Shown here: piece by piece, positions 26,401-37,200 of the stretch | How the letters are laid out: every line of letters begins with the position of its first letter | Numbering within the stretch: the first letter of the stretch is position 1 | Assembly: GCF_902652985.1 (NCBI RefSeq) | Contig: NC_047017.1 | Location: forward strand, 8,370,001-8,434,000 | Length of the DNA stretch: 64,000 bases | Origin: Pecten maximus | Lineage: Eukaryota | Reading direction: 5' to 3' | Translations under genes and position numbers: made by a program | Notes under the pieces: generated by a model | Databases searched by the model: none | The model's input: only the letters and a program-made list of their open reading frames with translations | What the model was told of the DNA's origin: nothing

Positions 26401-27629
26401 GAAATGCACTGGAAAAAGCACTAGTGGCCTGGTAGCTCAAGTTGTAAGAGTGCCCGTCCAGAATTCGGAGGTCCTGAGTTTGAGTCCAAAATGGGACGTT
26501 GCATTTTACCTCTCCTTATACATTTGGTGTGCAGCTAATTATATAAATACCCACAGAAGATAGTAAAAGGTCTTGTGTATGTCTCCGTGGTCAAATATTT
26601 TGTTGACGGAGGGATTATGTAGTGGAACTGGAATGGACTGAAAACCAGTGGCCAGGTATTATAGCTCAAATGATTAGAGCGTCAGCCTAGTCCTGGGTTT
26701 GAGTCCAGATCTAGTCATTGCTATTTTTCCCTTTCGATACGTATACACATGTATATTGCAATGACAAAAACAGTCATAACATATTTACATCAAGAATCGT
26801 TGGCAGAAAAGTTAAACTTCGTCATTATATATGATAATATCTTTTGCTTCGCCTTGATTGACGGAGTGGAGAAAACCTGGTGAACACTGGAGTGGTTCAA
26901 TCCTTAGGCAGTTACAATACTCATTTATATAATTAGGTTATATTGGTACAAAACACTATGCCTTTTTCTATGCAGTGTAGAGCTTAAAAATCACAAAGGA
27001 AACTCGAAGTACTGTATACATGTAGTGTTATTACTTTGGAGTCGTGTAAAATCTAGATCTAGTAAAATGAAAGTAAAGGATTTCGGCACATAATATACGG
27101 TATAGACTATAATAATAATCTGTTAAGTGTATCGTAGATTTTGTTAGAACACTTTTATTATGTATTAATAAAATATTCACAAGGTTCACATGGCAGCAAT
27201 GACTCTTTTCCCCAAGATAAGATAACAAATCATGTCCTCCTCACTAGCTCCTAGGTTGTTTTTCACGTTGTGAAATGTGGCATGTTGTAAACCATGTTTT
27301 ATAAAGCAATGCGTTTAGCCCAAATGTTATTTAAATAAACACAAGCAATTTAATTACTTAACATCAAAATACAAGAGATAGATATATGAATATAAAGAGA
27401 AGGTCTCATATAAGATGAACATATCCCCAAATGCAATCTCCATCGATCGACGCACAGAATGCATTGGGATTCCTTACAGGGAGATCACTCTAAGAGCACA
27501 CCACATACCCGACTCATCTTCGTCCATAGAACCCAATTCCGACTCATCTTCGGAACTTTTATCACTATCTGGAGTTTCCTGTTCCATTTCTTCTTCCCTT
27601 TCTCGTTTACCGTTTTCTATTGTTGGCAT
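17472..27629 (-). CDS. BRMS1L: Breast cancer metastasis-suppressor 1-like (Sds3 family, Sin3-HDAC subunit). Exons 27629-27509, 25345-25255, 24438-24311, 23316-23237, 21138-21042, 20140-20048, 18502-18438, plus candidate last exon 17609-17472
   Basis: The translation is ...[79 protein letters not shown]...[38 protein letters not shown]...[30 protein letters not shown], matching BRMS1/BRMS1L. All phases are consistent. The last exon is supported only by a strong acceptor and an open phase-0 frame. Confidence 0.93.
18031..18254 (-). mobile_element. tRNA-derived SINE (V-domain-like core), full-length copy
   Basis: Minus-strand head has A-box TGGCTGAGTGG and B-box GTTTGAATCCC, a core GGTTTTTCTCCGGATACT and an A-rich tail. 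Flanked by the target-site duplication CTCCATTTTGT. Four related copies in the window. Confidence 0.85.
18483..19400 (-). repeat. Acceptor-junction-derived tandem array: seven 62-69-bp units, then sixteen 26-bp units, each containing AG plus the first ~20 nt of the BRMS1L exon
   Basis: Copies of AG|GTCCATATATTGTATACCTG start at 18502 (true exon), 18568, 18630, 18697, 18759, 18828, 18890 and 18952, then recur every 26 bp to 19368. Confidence 0.95.
18503..20047 (-). other. U12-type (minor spliceosome) GT-AG intron of BRMS1L
   Basis: The 5' splice site is GTATCCTTT (20047-20039). The branch point TTCCTTAAC lies just upstream of the acceptor (ACTTTTCCTTAACTTTCCCAG|G). Confidence 0.9.
21224..22240 (-). 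mobile_element. HINE/pearl-like non-autonomous element with ~146-bp internal tandem repeats (~5 units), in a BRMS1L intron
   Basis: TTTGGTCAGGATC recurs at about 21541, 21686, 21832, 21978 and 22111. There is an (ACGT)n microsatellite at ~22167-22184 and a subterminal inverted pair ATCCCCTCGC / GCGAGGAGAT. Confidence 0.7.
22600..23257 (-). repeat. Donor-junction-derived 46-bp array (last ~20 nt of exon + GTAAGT + ~20 nt intron): 13 decoy copies plus the true donor
   Basis: ACTTACCTCCATATTCTGTCTGGTGG repeats every 46 bp from 22624 to 23231, and the last copy is the genuine exon end. A 230-bp higher-order duplication is visible (22801 vs 23031). Confidence 0.95.
23690..24326 (-). repeat. Donor-junction-derived ~43-bp array downstream of BRMS1L exon 3, ~15 progressively degenerate copies
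   Basis: Unit GGATACAGGTGTCAG|GTAAGGATTTAAAAGGGTGGGGACCTGA; plus-strand CCTTAC-like motifs at 24305, 24262, 24219 and beyond. Confidence 0.85.
25551..25796 (-). mobile_element. tRNA-derived SINE (same family as 18031)
   Basis: A-box TGGCCGAGTGG, degenerate B-box, GGTTTTTCTCTGGGTACTCCG core, TSD TCATTTTC(A/C)GT. Confidence 0.85.
26075..26750 (+). mobile_element. Degenerate tandem TRIM (miniature LTR retroelement) with three tRNA-like LTRs, Helenus-like
   Basis: Pattern LTR(...TTACA)-TTTGGTG PBS-like-~100 bp-purine tract-TGTAG LTR...TACA-TTTGGTG-~95 bp-purine tract-TGTAG LTR. Each LTR has an A-box-like TAGCTCA/TAGCCTA motif and a B-box-like GTTTGAG(T/C)CC. Confidence 0.6.
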
Positions 27630-27800
27630 TTTCTAGTCCAAATGCCGTTCAACAAGAAAAAAACCTCCACCAAAACAAACGTGCCTCCATTTCAAAGTGC
27701 GCCAAGCGGAAGTGTGTAAGAATAGAAAATAGTGTGTGCGCATGACTTGTGGAATATCCCCTTGCGTTTGGGGAAATCCTCATTATAGACTTGCACAAGT
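27630..27800 (-). promoter_or_regulatory. Putative BRMS1L 5' UTR and proximal promoter
   Basis: Lies directly upstream of the ATG. ETS-like GCGGAAGTG at ~27706 and NRF1-like TGCGCATG at ~27737. Confidence 0.4.
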
Positions 27801-29569
27801 CAGCCTATAAAATTTTCTTTTTACAGGAAATGGGTCTTGTCAGAACTTTTCGTAAAATTGTTTACAAATATCGATGGGAATACTGTGGATAGGTTGATTT
27901 GATTTGGAGTAGTTTATTAAGACAAATTTATAATTTCATGATTTTGTGTGACAATGATAATTAGATAGAATCATAACTGTTTAAAGGAAAGAAAAGAAGC
28001 CGATAAAAGGACAGAAATGATACAGGATGAGAGGAATGATAAAGATAGATATCAGAAACAAGAACATGATGGAAGTCAAACCAGAGCTAGATGCTAATTA
28101 AGGTTTAGTAACAGAATTAATACTGAATAATTAAGATATTGAAAGAGGAAGTAGAACATATGTTTTCGGCCTTAATCATGTCAGGGTTTTATCAGCTAAT
28201 TTCATCTATTTCTTCCATTTCTTCCATCATTTAGAGGAGGAAATGTATCCAACGGTCACTTCTGCCATATGATATACATCTTTGAACCACATTTTTTCTT
28301 GTATTGAATTTACAAGAGCCATAACGTACAGAGCGAGTACCGTTTATAGATTATAGTTCTTGTATTTAATCATGCATTAAGAGAATTTCATGACAATGCG
28401 ATTATATATGCCTGTACATGTATATTATTTACCATTCGAAACACATTGTTTCTTTATCAATAGGTTATGTAATTGTGAGTACATTTGGCAACATTTGCCC
28501 AAAAATACTGAACCTCTTCACATTCCCAGAACATATATAATATGCACGATTGTCTCCCTTCCTCTATTACAGACATAACAATAAGGATTGTTTGGTAAAC
28601 TTTCTTTATACGCATAAGAGTAAGGTTGTTAGAATGTAGTTGTTATCCTTAAATTGTAGCCAGCGGAGTTTATAATTTTTAGTTGATAGAAAAAAAAGGA
28701 ATACTGTATTATTAATATTATTATTTGCATTTGCATTTATCTTCGTAATAGTCCAAGACATTCCACCTTTTTGCTGACCAGTTATGTAAATATTGTTTCT
28801 CCAGAGCAAACGGTAGAAGTCATGCGACATCTCTTTTTCTTTAGTATTTGCTCAATATTAAGAGGAAAATCGGAAACGTAAATGTTCTACTTAGAGATGT
28901 AAAACTTAAAAGGCCTGACGTTTTGGATTGCTTCACAATACTGTAAATATTTTGTTATTGTACAAAACACAGATAATTGTGAATTTTTTTTTTTTGTCTT
29001 TTATTAAATCATTCACTATACTAACTCCTCCATTGAACCATTCTTCGTAGAAAATTGGTTATTTACAACAATGTTGTTATTAAACTAATGAAGTTTGAAG
29101 TATACCCTCCTCATCATTATCTAACAAGTTCTTGTTTAACTCTAAGGTTACACCAGGCCTGAAATACATCTTCCCAGAACATATTTTTACATTTCGTTTT
29201 CGCTACTTGTAGATAATCATTGCCACATGTAAATAATTATGAGTTTGAACATGTGCAGGCTTTCATCAAATCCAGCAAGAGATTTTAAACATGCAAGTTA
29301 TATTGTATGTCTATATCTTTATATAACCATTTACATAATTATGTAAAATTGACTTATTTCAACTTTGAATTAGTAAATATCTATGTCATCACCTTTATAA
29401 AATGTTTTGTTCATAGGAGATGGCTTCATAAGTTGTCATAACTTGTGCCTAATCCTTTGTACGTATTTTAGAAAATAAATATGTTTGAAATCATGCCATA
29501 CATATGTATGTAGGTGCCTGCTGAACGTCTTCATTTTAAAAAAAAAAAAGATTATTTACCAAATGAACT

Positions 29570-30590
29570 AAAAATACTCCTGATCCAACCTATCTTAAAA
29601 GCTTCTCTATATATTTCTTAACATGAACCATTTTTAGACTCCCTCCAATGTAAGTTTGTACAATTACCTCTTGCTAACTCTATCTGCCGTACTTTTCCGT
29701 AAGACGTTGAAAAGGACTGAGATAAGTTGGGTTTTTTTTTTTTTTTTTTTTATTTTGATATTTTTTCTGCTTTTTTTTTCTTTTCTTTTTTTTTATAAAA
29801 AAATCATCGTCAGGATTGGATAAAGCTATAAACAGATGACTGAACCAAGTAACTATGAAGATTGTGCGAATTCTACCGTCAAGGAGTAAGAGGAATACGA
29901 CTCCAAAATTTGATAAGAAATTTGAGTTTAACACGTTTTTTTTATCATACATGTGTTCAATTTAGCTTTTTTAAAAAGGTCTACATGGATTTTTCATCCT
30001 AAAAAAAAAAAAAAAAAAAACTATTTTAAACACAGTATTTGAAAGATAAATTGGTCGTCAGTGCTTGATAAAGCGTCTGGGTTTATCACCTAAGACAAAT
30101 TAATTACAGCATGCCTTGCCTCTGTGTAACAGATAATTGATTCATCATAAATTTATAATTGAGAGACCTCACAACAAAGTTTCCAAAATCTTTCCAAACA
30201 AATTCTACCGTGAACCCATCAGACCCCGGACTTCTAATATTCTTCATACTTGTCCGAGTGCCAGAGGCCTCCTTAAGAGTAATATCCCCTTCTACTAACA
30301 TAATCATCATTGCCTAACTTTGGAACATGACAGTTCTTCAAGAACTCTTCTAGATTTGTATATATCAGCCGCTCCATTATTTACATTATCTATAACTGTT
30401 CAAAAAACAGTTTCACTTCCGTTAAAATACATTTTTTCTGTTATTATTTCCGCATTATCAAGCTGTAGTTTTAGAGTAATCTTTGACGTATAATTTCTAT
30501 TCTCTAAATTGAAAAATAGTTTGAAGGATGGAACTAATTTTAGAATTCACTTTTTCTCTGATTGTTTTTCATTATTATTCTAAATATTGT
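29570..30590 (-). mobile_element. Decayed L1/Tx1-clade LINE ORF2 fragment
   Basis: Minus-strand peptides RSPGSDGFTVEF..WKDFGNFVVRSLNY...LSVTQRQG, RPIYLSNTV and FFNLENRNY resemble the pre-RT/RT region of Tx1/L1 elements. Interrupted by stops, deletions and poly-T/A runs. Confidence 0.75.
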
Positions 30591-30959
30591 GGCTTCACAG
30601 AAGTCTTAGTTATGTTTATATATTTATGTAAAATGTTATCTTAAGTAAAAAAAAAAAAAAAAAAAAAGCGATGAAAACATCGAACTTTAGATGAAATTCA
30701 TATGACGTCACATTTTCCAAATGCTGTGACGTCACAACGTAATATGTACTAGCCTACTACGTTTGCTTTTTTCGGAGAGAAAAATAGATATCAACAAAAA
30801 TGAAAAAGGCGTGACGGTTGTTTGAATTAAGATTTTCAGAAGAATTACAAACACTGTTTACAGTGTAATCGATTTTTCATAAACCATCTCGTTTTTATTA
30901 TTTTTTGGAACATTTTAATAATTTTGGAGTAAATCTTTTCCATTGCATATATTAATCAA

Positions 30960-31200
30960 TGGTTGAGAAATCCACGTTTTACTTTGACGTGACACAGGTA
31001 GAGGGTCAGAACTGACGTAGTGATTTAAACCACACATGTTACAGCCCCAATCGATAGAGAAGCCTGCGTCGTCAGATACACACAAAGAAGAATAAACAAC
31101 TTTTATTCAAAAGGCGGGGTTAGTGATCAATGTCTGGTGATGTGTACAGCAAGCCACGTCACCACGTGGAGTCAATTATCAATAAAAACACGTCCTGGTG
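30960..31200 (+). promoter_or_regulatory. Putative promoter of the fibrinogen-domain gene with clustered bZIP/bHLH sites
   Basis: TGACGTGA at 30985, TGACGTAG at 31013, GC box GGCGGGG at ~31113, CCACGTCA at 31154, CCACGTGG at 31162 and a TATA-like AATAAAAA at 31181, ~70 bp before the ATG. Confidence 0.4.
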
Positions 31201-31254
31201 TACGGAGCTATACCACTTAAACACTAACACTTGGAATTCAATTAGGAAAGAAAT

Positions 31255-34200
31255 ATGAACACCGCAAGCAAAGTGCTACTTTTACTTTACGTATTCAAAT
31301 TGTCCAGGTAAGTTATTGTTTTTATTTTTTCTTCCTTGCATATAGATATATGTCATATTTAAATCTAATAAGTTCATTATTATGTAAATCATAGAATATA
31401 TACGTGTAACGCACACCGATACGCGGTTTACCTACACTAGATTGTTACAAGCCCTATAGGTGTTGTTAGTCGTGTATTTGTAATTATAAATGGCCTACCA
31501 TTATCAATGGATTCTTATCGGTCACTTTCACTCGTGGATTGAAAAGCTAAAGGCAATGGATATGGCAATGCACGTTGACTTTTATACGAAGGGCATGGTC
31601 GATACTGCGGTTTACAGTATTATATATTGTTCTATGTATTTCTTATGATAAAAGCACCCATGGAGAGACGTATTACTAGAAATAGATAATTGTCAAATAG
31701 TAATAACGACAGTACAGACAAGTAAATTGTCGAACTTTCTAGGCAATCTGCCCCTTTATCAAGACACAAGTAAATTACAAACGATCACATATAGACATAG
31801 AACATGGAAAAGTTACACAAATATAGTGGGTATAAATAACAATAAATATCGTTATGTTGTGAAAACGATCCCCCTCGGCCGATAATTAATTCACCGAGGG
31901 CCTAGTATGATTAATTAGCAAACATCTTGGGTGGTGTACAGATGGTAAAAGTAAATAAATAAATAATATAACTAAAAGGTTTAACAAAATAACATCGCGA
32001 GTTGAGTCGATGTGATGGAAGCGCGTGCTATGTAGTGAATGTTTTTGTTTTTCTACGCGGTATGTTCATTTCGTCCCGCAAATACGTCCCTGTTATAATC
32101 AAAGATACCTTATATTCATACGGGGTATAACATAACTATGTATGATCAAATTTAAACCCATATATAGATTATTAAACATGGGAACAGCTGTACAGAGGAA
32201 CGTGCCGTGTTTAATCAGTATTGAGGATAGAAGTGATGGTTAAATTGAAAATGTAAGTCAAATGATTGGACTATATAACATATAGTATACAATTTTATAT
32301 TATATAAGCGTGTTCAACATGTTATTTCTATCTTTCTCCATCATATAGCCCTTGCACTTTATTTTTGTTTGACTAGTACGAATTTTGCAAACGTTCCATA
32401 ATATCCTTTCTGTCCTCGCCCAACATACGTGTTCATAGTATTTGCTTGTGTTGTAATGACCAAGTGCTCACTACTATACTGGTAATTACAACACAAAGTA
32501 CTTACTGATATACATGTATTGGTCATTACAACATAAAGTGTTTACTACTATACTGGTAATTACAACACAAAGTACTTACTGATATATTGGTCATTACAAC
32601 ATAAAGTGTTTACTACTATACTGGTCATTACAACACAAAGTGCTCTCTACTATATTGGTCCCAGCCCAGTGCATAGCCCTTACAATAGATAAGGCTTCAT
32701 CAATATAAGCTCCACATAGCCAACATGTTTATCACTTTCTTCAAACCAATGCATTACACTAGTAGTGCTGTGACCGATTCTTTCACAAAGTCTGATAACA
32801 CCACTCTGGTCGATTTCAATATGAAAGATTTCCTAAAATAACACACAATTCATTACTATTTCAGAGCAGAAGAATGTGACGTCAGGATATGGTATCTGGA
32901 AATGACGAAAAATGGAGTATTTGATGGGGAACTAAGTGCCGAGCAACTGTTCCTACAGAAAACCATTAATGAAATGGTTTTAAGTAGCAAAAAGGATTCA
33001 TCAAAGAGAAAAGTCAATTGTGATGTTCTGGAAATGTACGAGGAAATGCTAAAACCCGATGAAGAAGAGGACTCAAGTGACAAACAGGATGGCAATGAAG
33101 GAGAGAACGAGTCAAAATCAAGCAAAGAAGAACAATCGAAAGAAGATACTGCATTACTTGTAGATAAGGTTAATGACAACGAAACGAAGACTATTTCAGA
33201 TGTTAGTGAAGAGACTGCGGATCAGTTAGTTAGTGAAGGAACAGAGTTACACAGTTCAAAAGAGGCTGATGAAACAGATACAACTGAGAAAGTTTCGGAT
33301 GTTAATGAAGAGGCCGATGAAACAGATACAACCGAGAAAGTTTCGGATGTTAATGAAGAGGCCGATGAAACAGATACAACCGAGAAAGTTTCGGATGTTA
33401 ATGAAGAGGCCGATGAAACAGATACAACTGAGAAAGTTTCAGATGTTAATGAGGAGGCTGATGAAACAGATACAACCGAGGCCGATCAAATGGAAGCGGA
33501 TGAAACAGAACTATTTTCTGATGATTCAAATGATGACGAAGAGGAAAAGGTGGAAATAGAAAAAATCGATACCATTGAGGAAGAGATTGTTTCAGATTTC
33601 TCATCCAATAGTTTAGATAAATTAGAAGACGAAGAAACAATAGTATCATCGATTGATCTATTAGAAGAAACAATTTCGATTGATGATGACAGACCCGTGG
33701 AAAATGCCCCAAGAGTCTTTAGTCAATGACAATAACAACAATGAAAAAAATAAGGATGAAAAGCAGTAACGTCAATAGTGGAAACTTCATACGGTACAGA
33801 AAAACGGAAAGGAGTCCAAAGAAAACGATGGAGATGATAATGACGATAAAAAAACTGATGGTTACAAGAAAAATGACGGATCTGATTTAGAAAAGAAGGA
33901 AACAAAAGATATGGAAGCAGAAGATAAAGGAAGTAATAAAAGCATAAAGTCAAAGGTCGGAGACGCTTCATCATTGAACAAATCTGCTTCCATCAAGGAT
34001 GGTTCCATAGAAACAAAACACGCAATAGGAGAAAGCGAAAAGGTTGTAATTCACTTTGGAATGAGTAGGAGATACTGTAGCTACTGGTGTGATATATTCG
34101 ATCTCCTTCAGAACAATGGCGGATTTATAGAAAATACACCACTTGTCAATAAAACGGACCAACAGCGTAATGCAAAGTTGAATAAAGATATAGATCTATC

Positions 34201-37200
34201 TAATGTAACTTCTCCGGTGATTTATAACCGACTTCTGTGTTCACCATGTAGTCTACTGATGAAGTTCTCTACAATTAGCACCTCGTGTAGTGCCGATAGT
34301 GAAGGGAACGTGTATACTCAAATCAAATCAAACGAAACGCAAACAAATCAAACGAACGCTAAGAATTCTTCTAATAGTAACGTAGAAACTCCATTGGGAA
34401 CGGACGCATCACATACTCTTAAGGCAAAAGAAACAGAAGAAAACTTGGAAAAGATTACAACCAGTACGAATAAGGAAAACCCAGAGGCAAAAGCACATGA
34501 GGCAATTGCTGATGTATTAAAAGTAAGTGATGAGTCCTTAGACCAATCGGAATCAAAAGAAACAGACGATCAAGACACTGATATTGAAGAGACAGCAGGT
34601 TCAGGTAGCGACTATAAGGCAGCTATTGATGCCGTTCCTCAAAGAAAACTCACAGAAAATAGTTTAGAAAAGGATCTACCGGATGACAAGAGTCACCCAA
34701 CATCTAATGTAAAGACACCCAGTAATGAGATATCACCACCTGAAGTGAATTCTGATCCGCCGAGGGACAGTATAGATACCAATACAGACAAAGTGAATGA
34801 CAAGAAGCTACCAACAGGTGAAAACATACAAAATGCTGCAGACAAGGCACTGTTACATGAAGGGAGCGAGGGGCAACCGAGAGAAAAAACTGTCTCGACA
34901 ACAGCTGAAGCGTCAGAGACAAAACAAGACGCTAATCAGTTGAACAAACCAGAAACTAATGCAGATGGAAAACAAACGAACAGTGAGGAAAAGGGAACAA
35001 TAACTGTTGAAGGAAACCAACCTGAAACAGAAACAGATAAGAAGGCAGCGCTGATTCTGGAACAACTTCAATCGAATTTCGACGACTTTCAAGAACAAGT
35101 CGTAAGTAAAACAGATAGCTACTCAAACAAACTTCAAAATCTTGAAATGATGGTTATAAGACTGGAAAATCAATTACTGAAAGAGAAACTTAACAAAAAC
35201 AACCACTCGAGCACTATAACGAGGATGGAAAACCATATACTTAAACTAGAGAATGAGCTTTTGAGACTTAACCAGAGTTACAGCGATATTCGACAGAAGA
35301 GTGATTCAATGGTGAAGGACCAGAAAAAGTATCTTGAACTTAGCCACAGTTCCCAACAGACACCTGCCTACGGATATTCGGCTGTAAGCGGACGGACTAA
35401 CTCGATCAGTATTGAATTTCAGGCAAAGATCACCTACTTAACACAGCTGCTAAGTAACCAGTCGATGACTATCAGACACCTCAAAACGCGATCCGAATAT
35501 TTGGAGGACCAGAACCGACTTCTTTATCACATGATCATGAATCAAACTGCGTTGATGACCCAGATCATGACAAGAGTTCAGGATCTTACGGAACAAAATA
35601 TACAACAGAGAATTGAGGCACAAAAGATCAGACACGAAATGGACAATATGACAAGTAAACGAGGCATGGCTGGAACAACTGACAGATTCCTTCTGGATAA
35701 ACTAGAGGAAATGGTATCAGATGTTCAGAAAAAGACATTGGGTGATAATGACGAAATACAGCAAAAGCAAATTAAAATAACTCATATTCATGAAGATAAA
35801 TCTGAGCAGGAACTCGAGAAATACATGCAAAATGAAAGTATGTCAAAAACAGAATCCTGGTGTGGGGCTTTGTCTGGTACCGGTGTTCTCGCGACAGTTG
35901 TCAAAACGACATGTATTCCATTTTCACTATTGCAGTGGAAAGTAGGCTTCAATAGAAAAGAAACAAAGAAAACCAGCTTGAAATTATCAGGGACGTCAAC
36001 ATTGAAAGAAGACGAAAAACCGATTGAAAAGGAAAAACACACCGCTAAATTACCAACAGATAGCCAACAAACCAGAGCATCTTATCAAGCAGAAACGTCC
36101 CCAAACGCCAAAACCAAGGAGGATTCCCTAGTTACTACACAAACACCAAATAAAACTCCGGGGGCTTCATCTCACACGGGTGCAGATACCAATACAGTGG
36201 ACAGTAAGGTTAACGTTCTTGAACAGGAGGAAAATTCTAAAGAAAGTGCGGAAAAAGAACTTGGAAAGCAGGGAAATTTTGATACTTTACCGACACAAGG
36301 GGAATCAAGTACGAAAGATTCAAGTGATGATCGTAAACAAGTAGAAAGGTCTCCGACAGATGCTGATGCTAAAGTTTCTACACACGCGCCGGATGGTGGT
36401 GATGGTAAGGCGGAAGTGTCGGCGTCTGATGGTGGTGATGGTAAGGCGGAAGCGTCGGCATCAGATGGTGGTGATGGTAAGGCGGAAGCAACGGCGTCTG
36501 ATGGTGGTGATGGTAAGGCGGAAGCGACGGCGTCTGATGGTGGTGATGGTAAGGCGGAAGCGTCGGCGTCTGATGGTGGTGATGGTAAGGCGGAAGCGTC
36601 GGCGTCTGATGGTGGTGATGGTAAGGCGGAAGCAACGGCGTCTGATGGTGGTGATGGTAAGGCGGAAGCGTCGGCGTCTGATGGTGGTGATGGTAAGGCG
36701 GAAGCGTCGGCATCAGATGGTGGTGATGGTAAGGCGAAAACGTCGGCATCAGATGGTGGTGATGGTAAGGCGAAAACGTCGGCATCAGATGGTGGTGATG
36801 GTAAGGCGGAAGCGTCGGCATCTGAGAAAGACATGAAATTGTCAGAAAGCGCGTCTGATAGTGGCGATGAAAAAGTGAAAACTTCAATGTCGGGTGCAGA
36901 ATCTAAAGATTCTTCACACATAGCTGATAATAGTGATAACGTGAAAGCTTTAGATACAGGTTCGGATATACGTATTGACACAGCAGATAAATCAGGGAAT
37001 GGAAATGAACCAGTAGATGTAAACACAAAAGCGGCTTATAAAAAAGACACACATCTAACTGATGAAATTAAAGAAAAGGAAAATACAAAGCCGGAAAAAG
37101 ACGAGAAACTAAAAATAATGGACACAAAGAAACACAACATGACAGATTCTCAAAATAAGAAAGAAACGACATCTCTCAGTGCCGAACAGAAAGAAACCAA

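Noticed and set aside
25720-26720. Possible tRNA genes
   Set aside because: A/B boxes are present but the cloverleaf stems are broken; they are a SINE head and TRIM LTR segments.
36172-37026. Antisense and alternate-frame repetitive ORFs (SALPSPPSDADA, PPYHHHHQTPTL, MVVMVRRKRRR)
   Set aside because: Shadow frames of the 36-bp coding repeat of the FReD gene.
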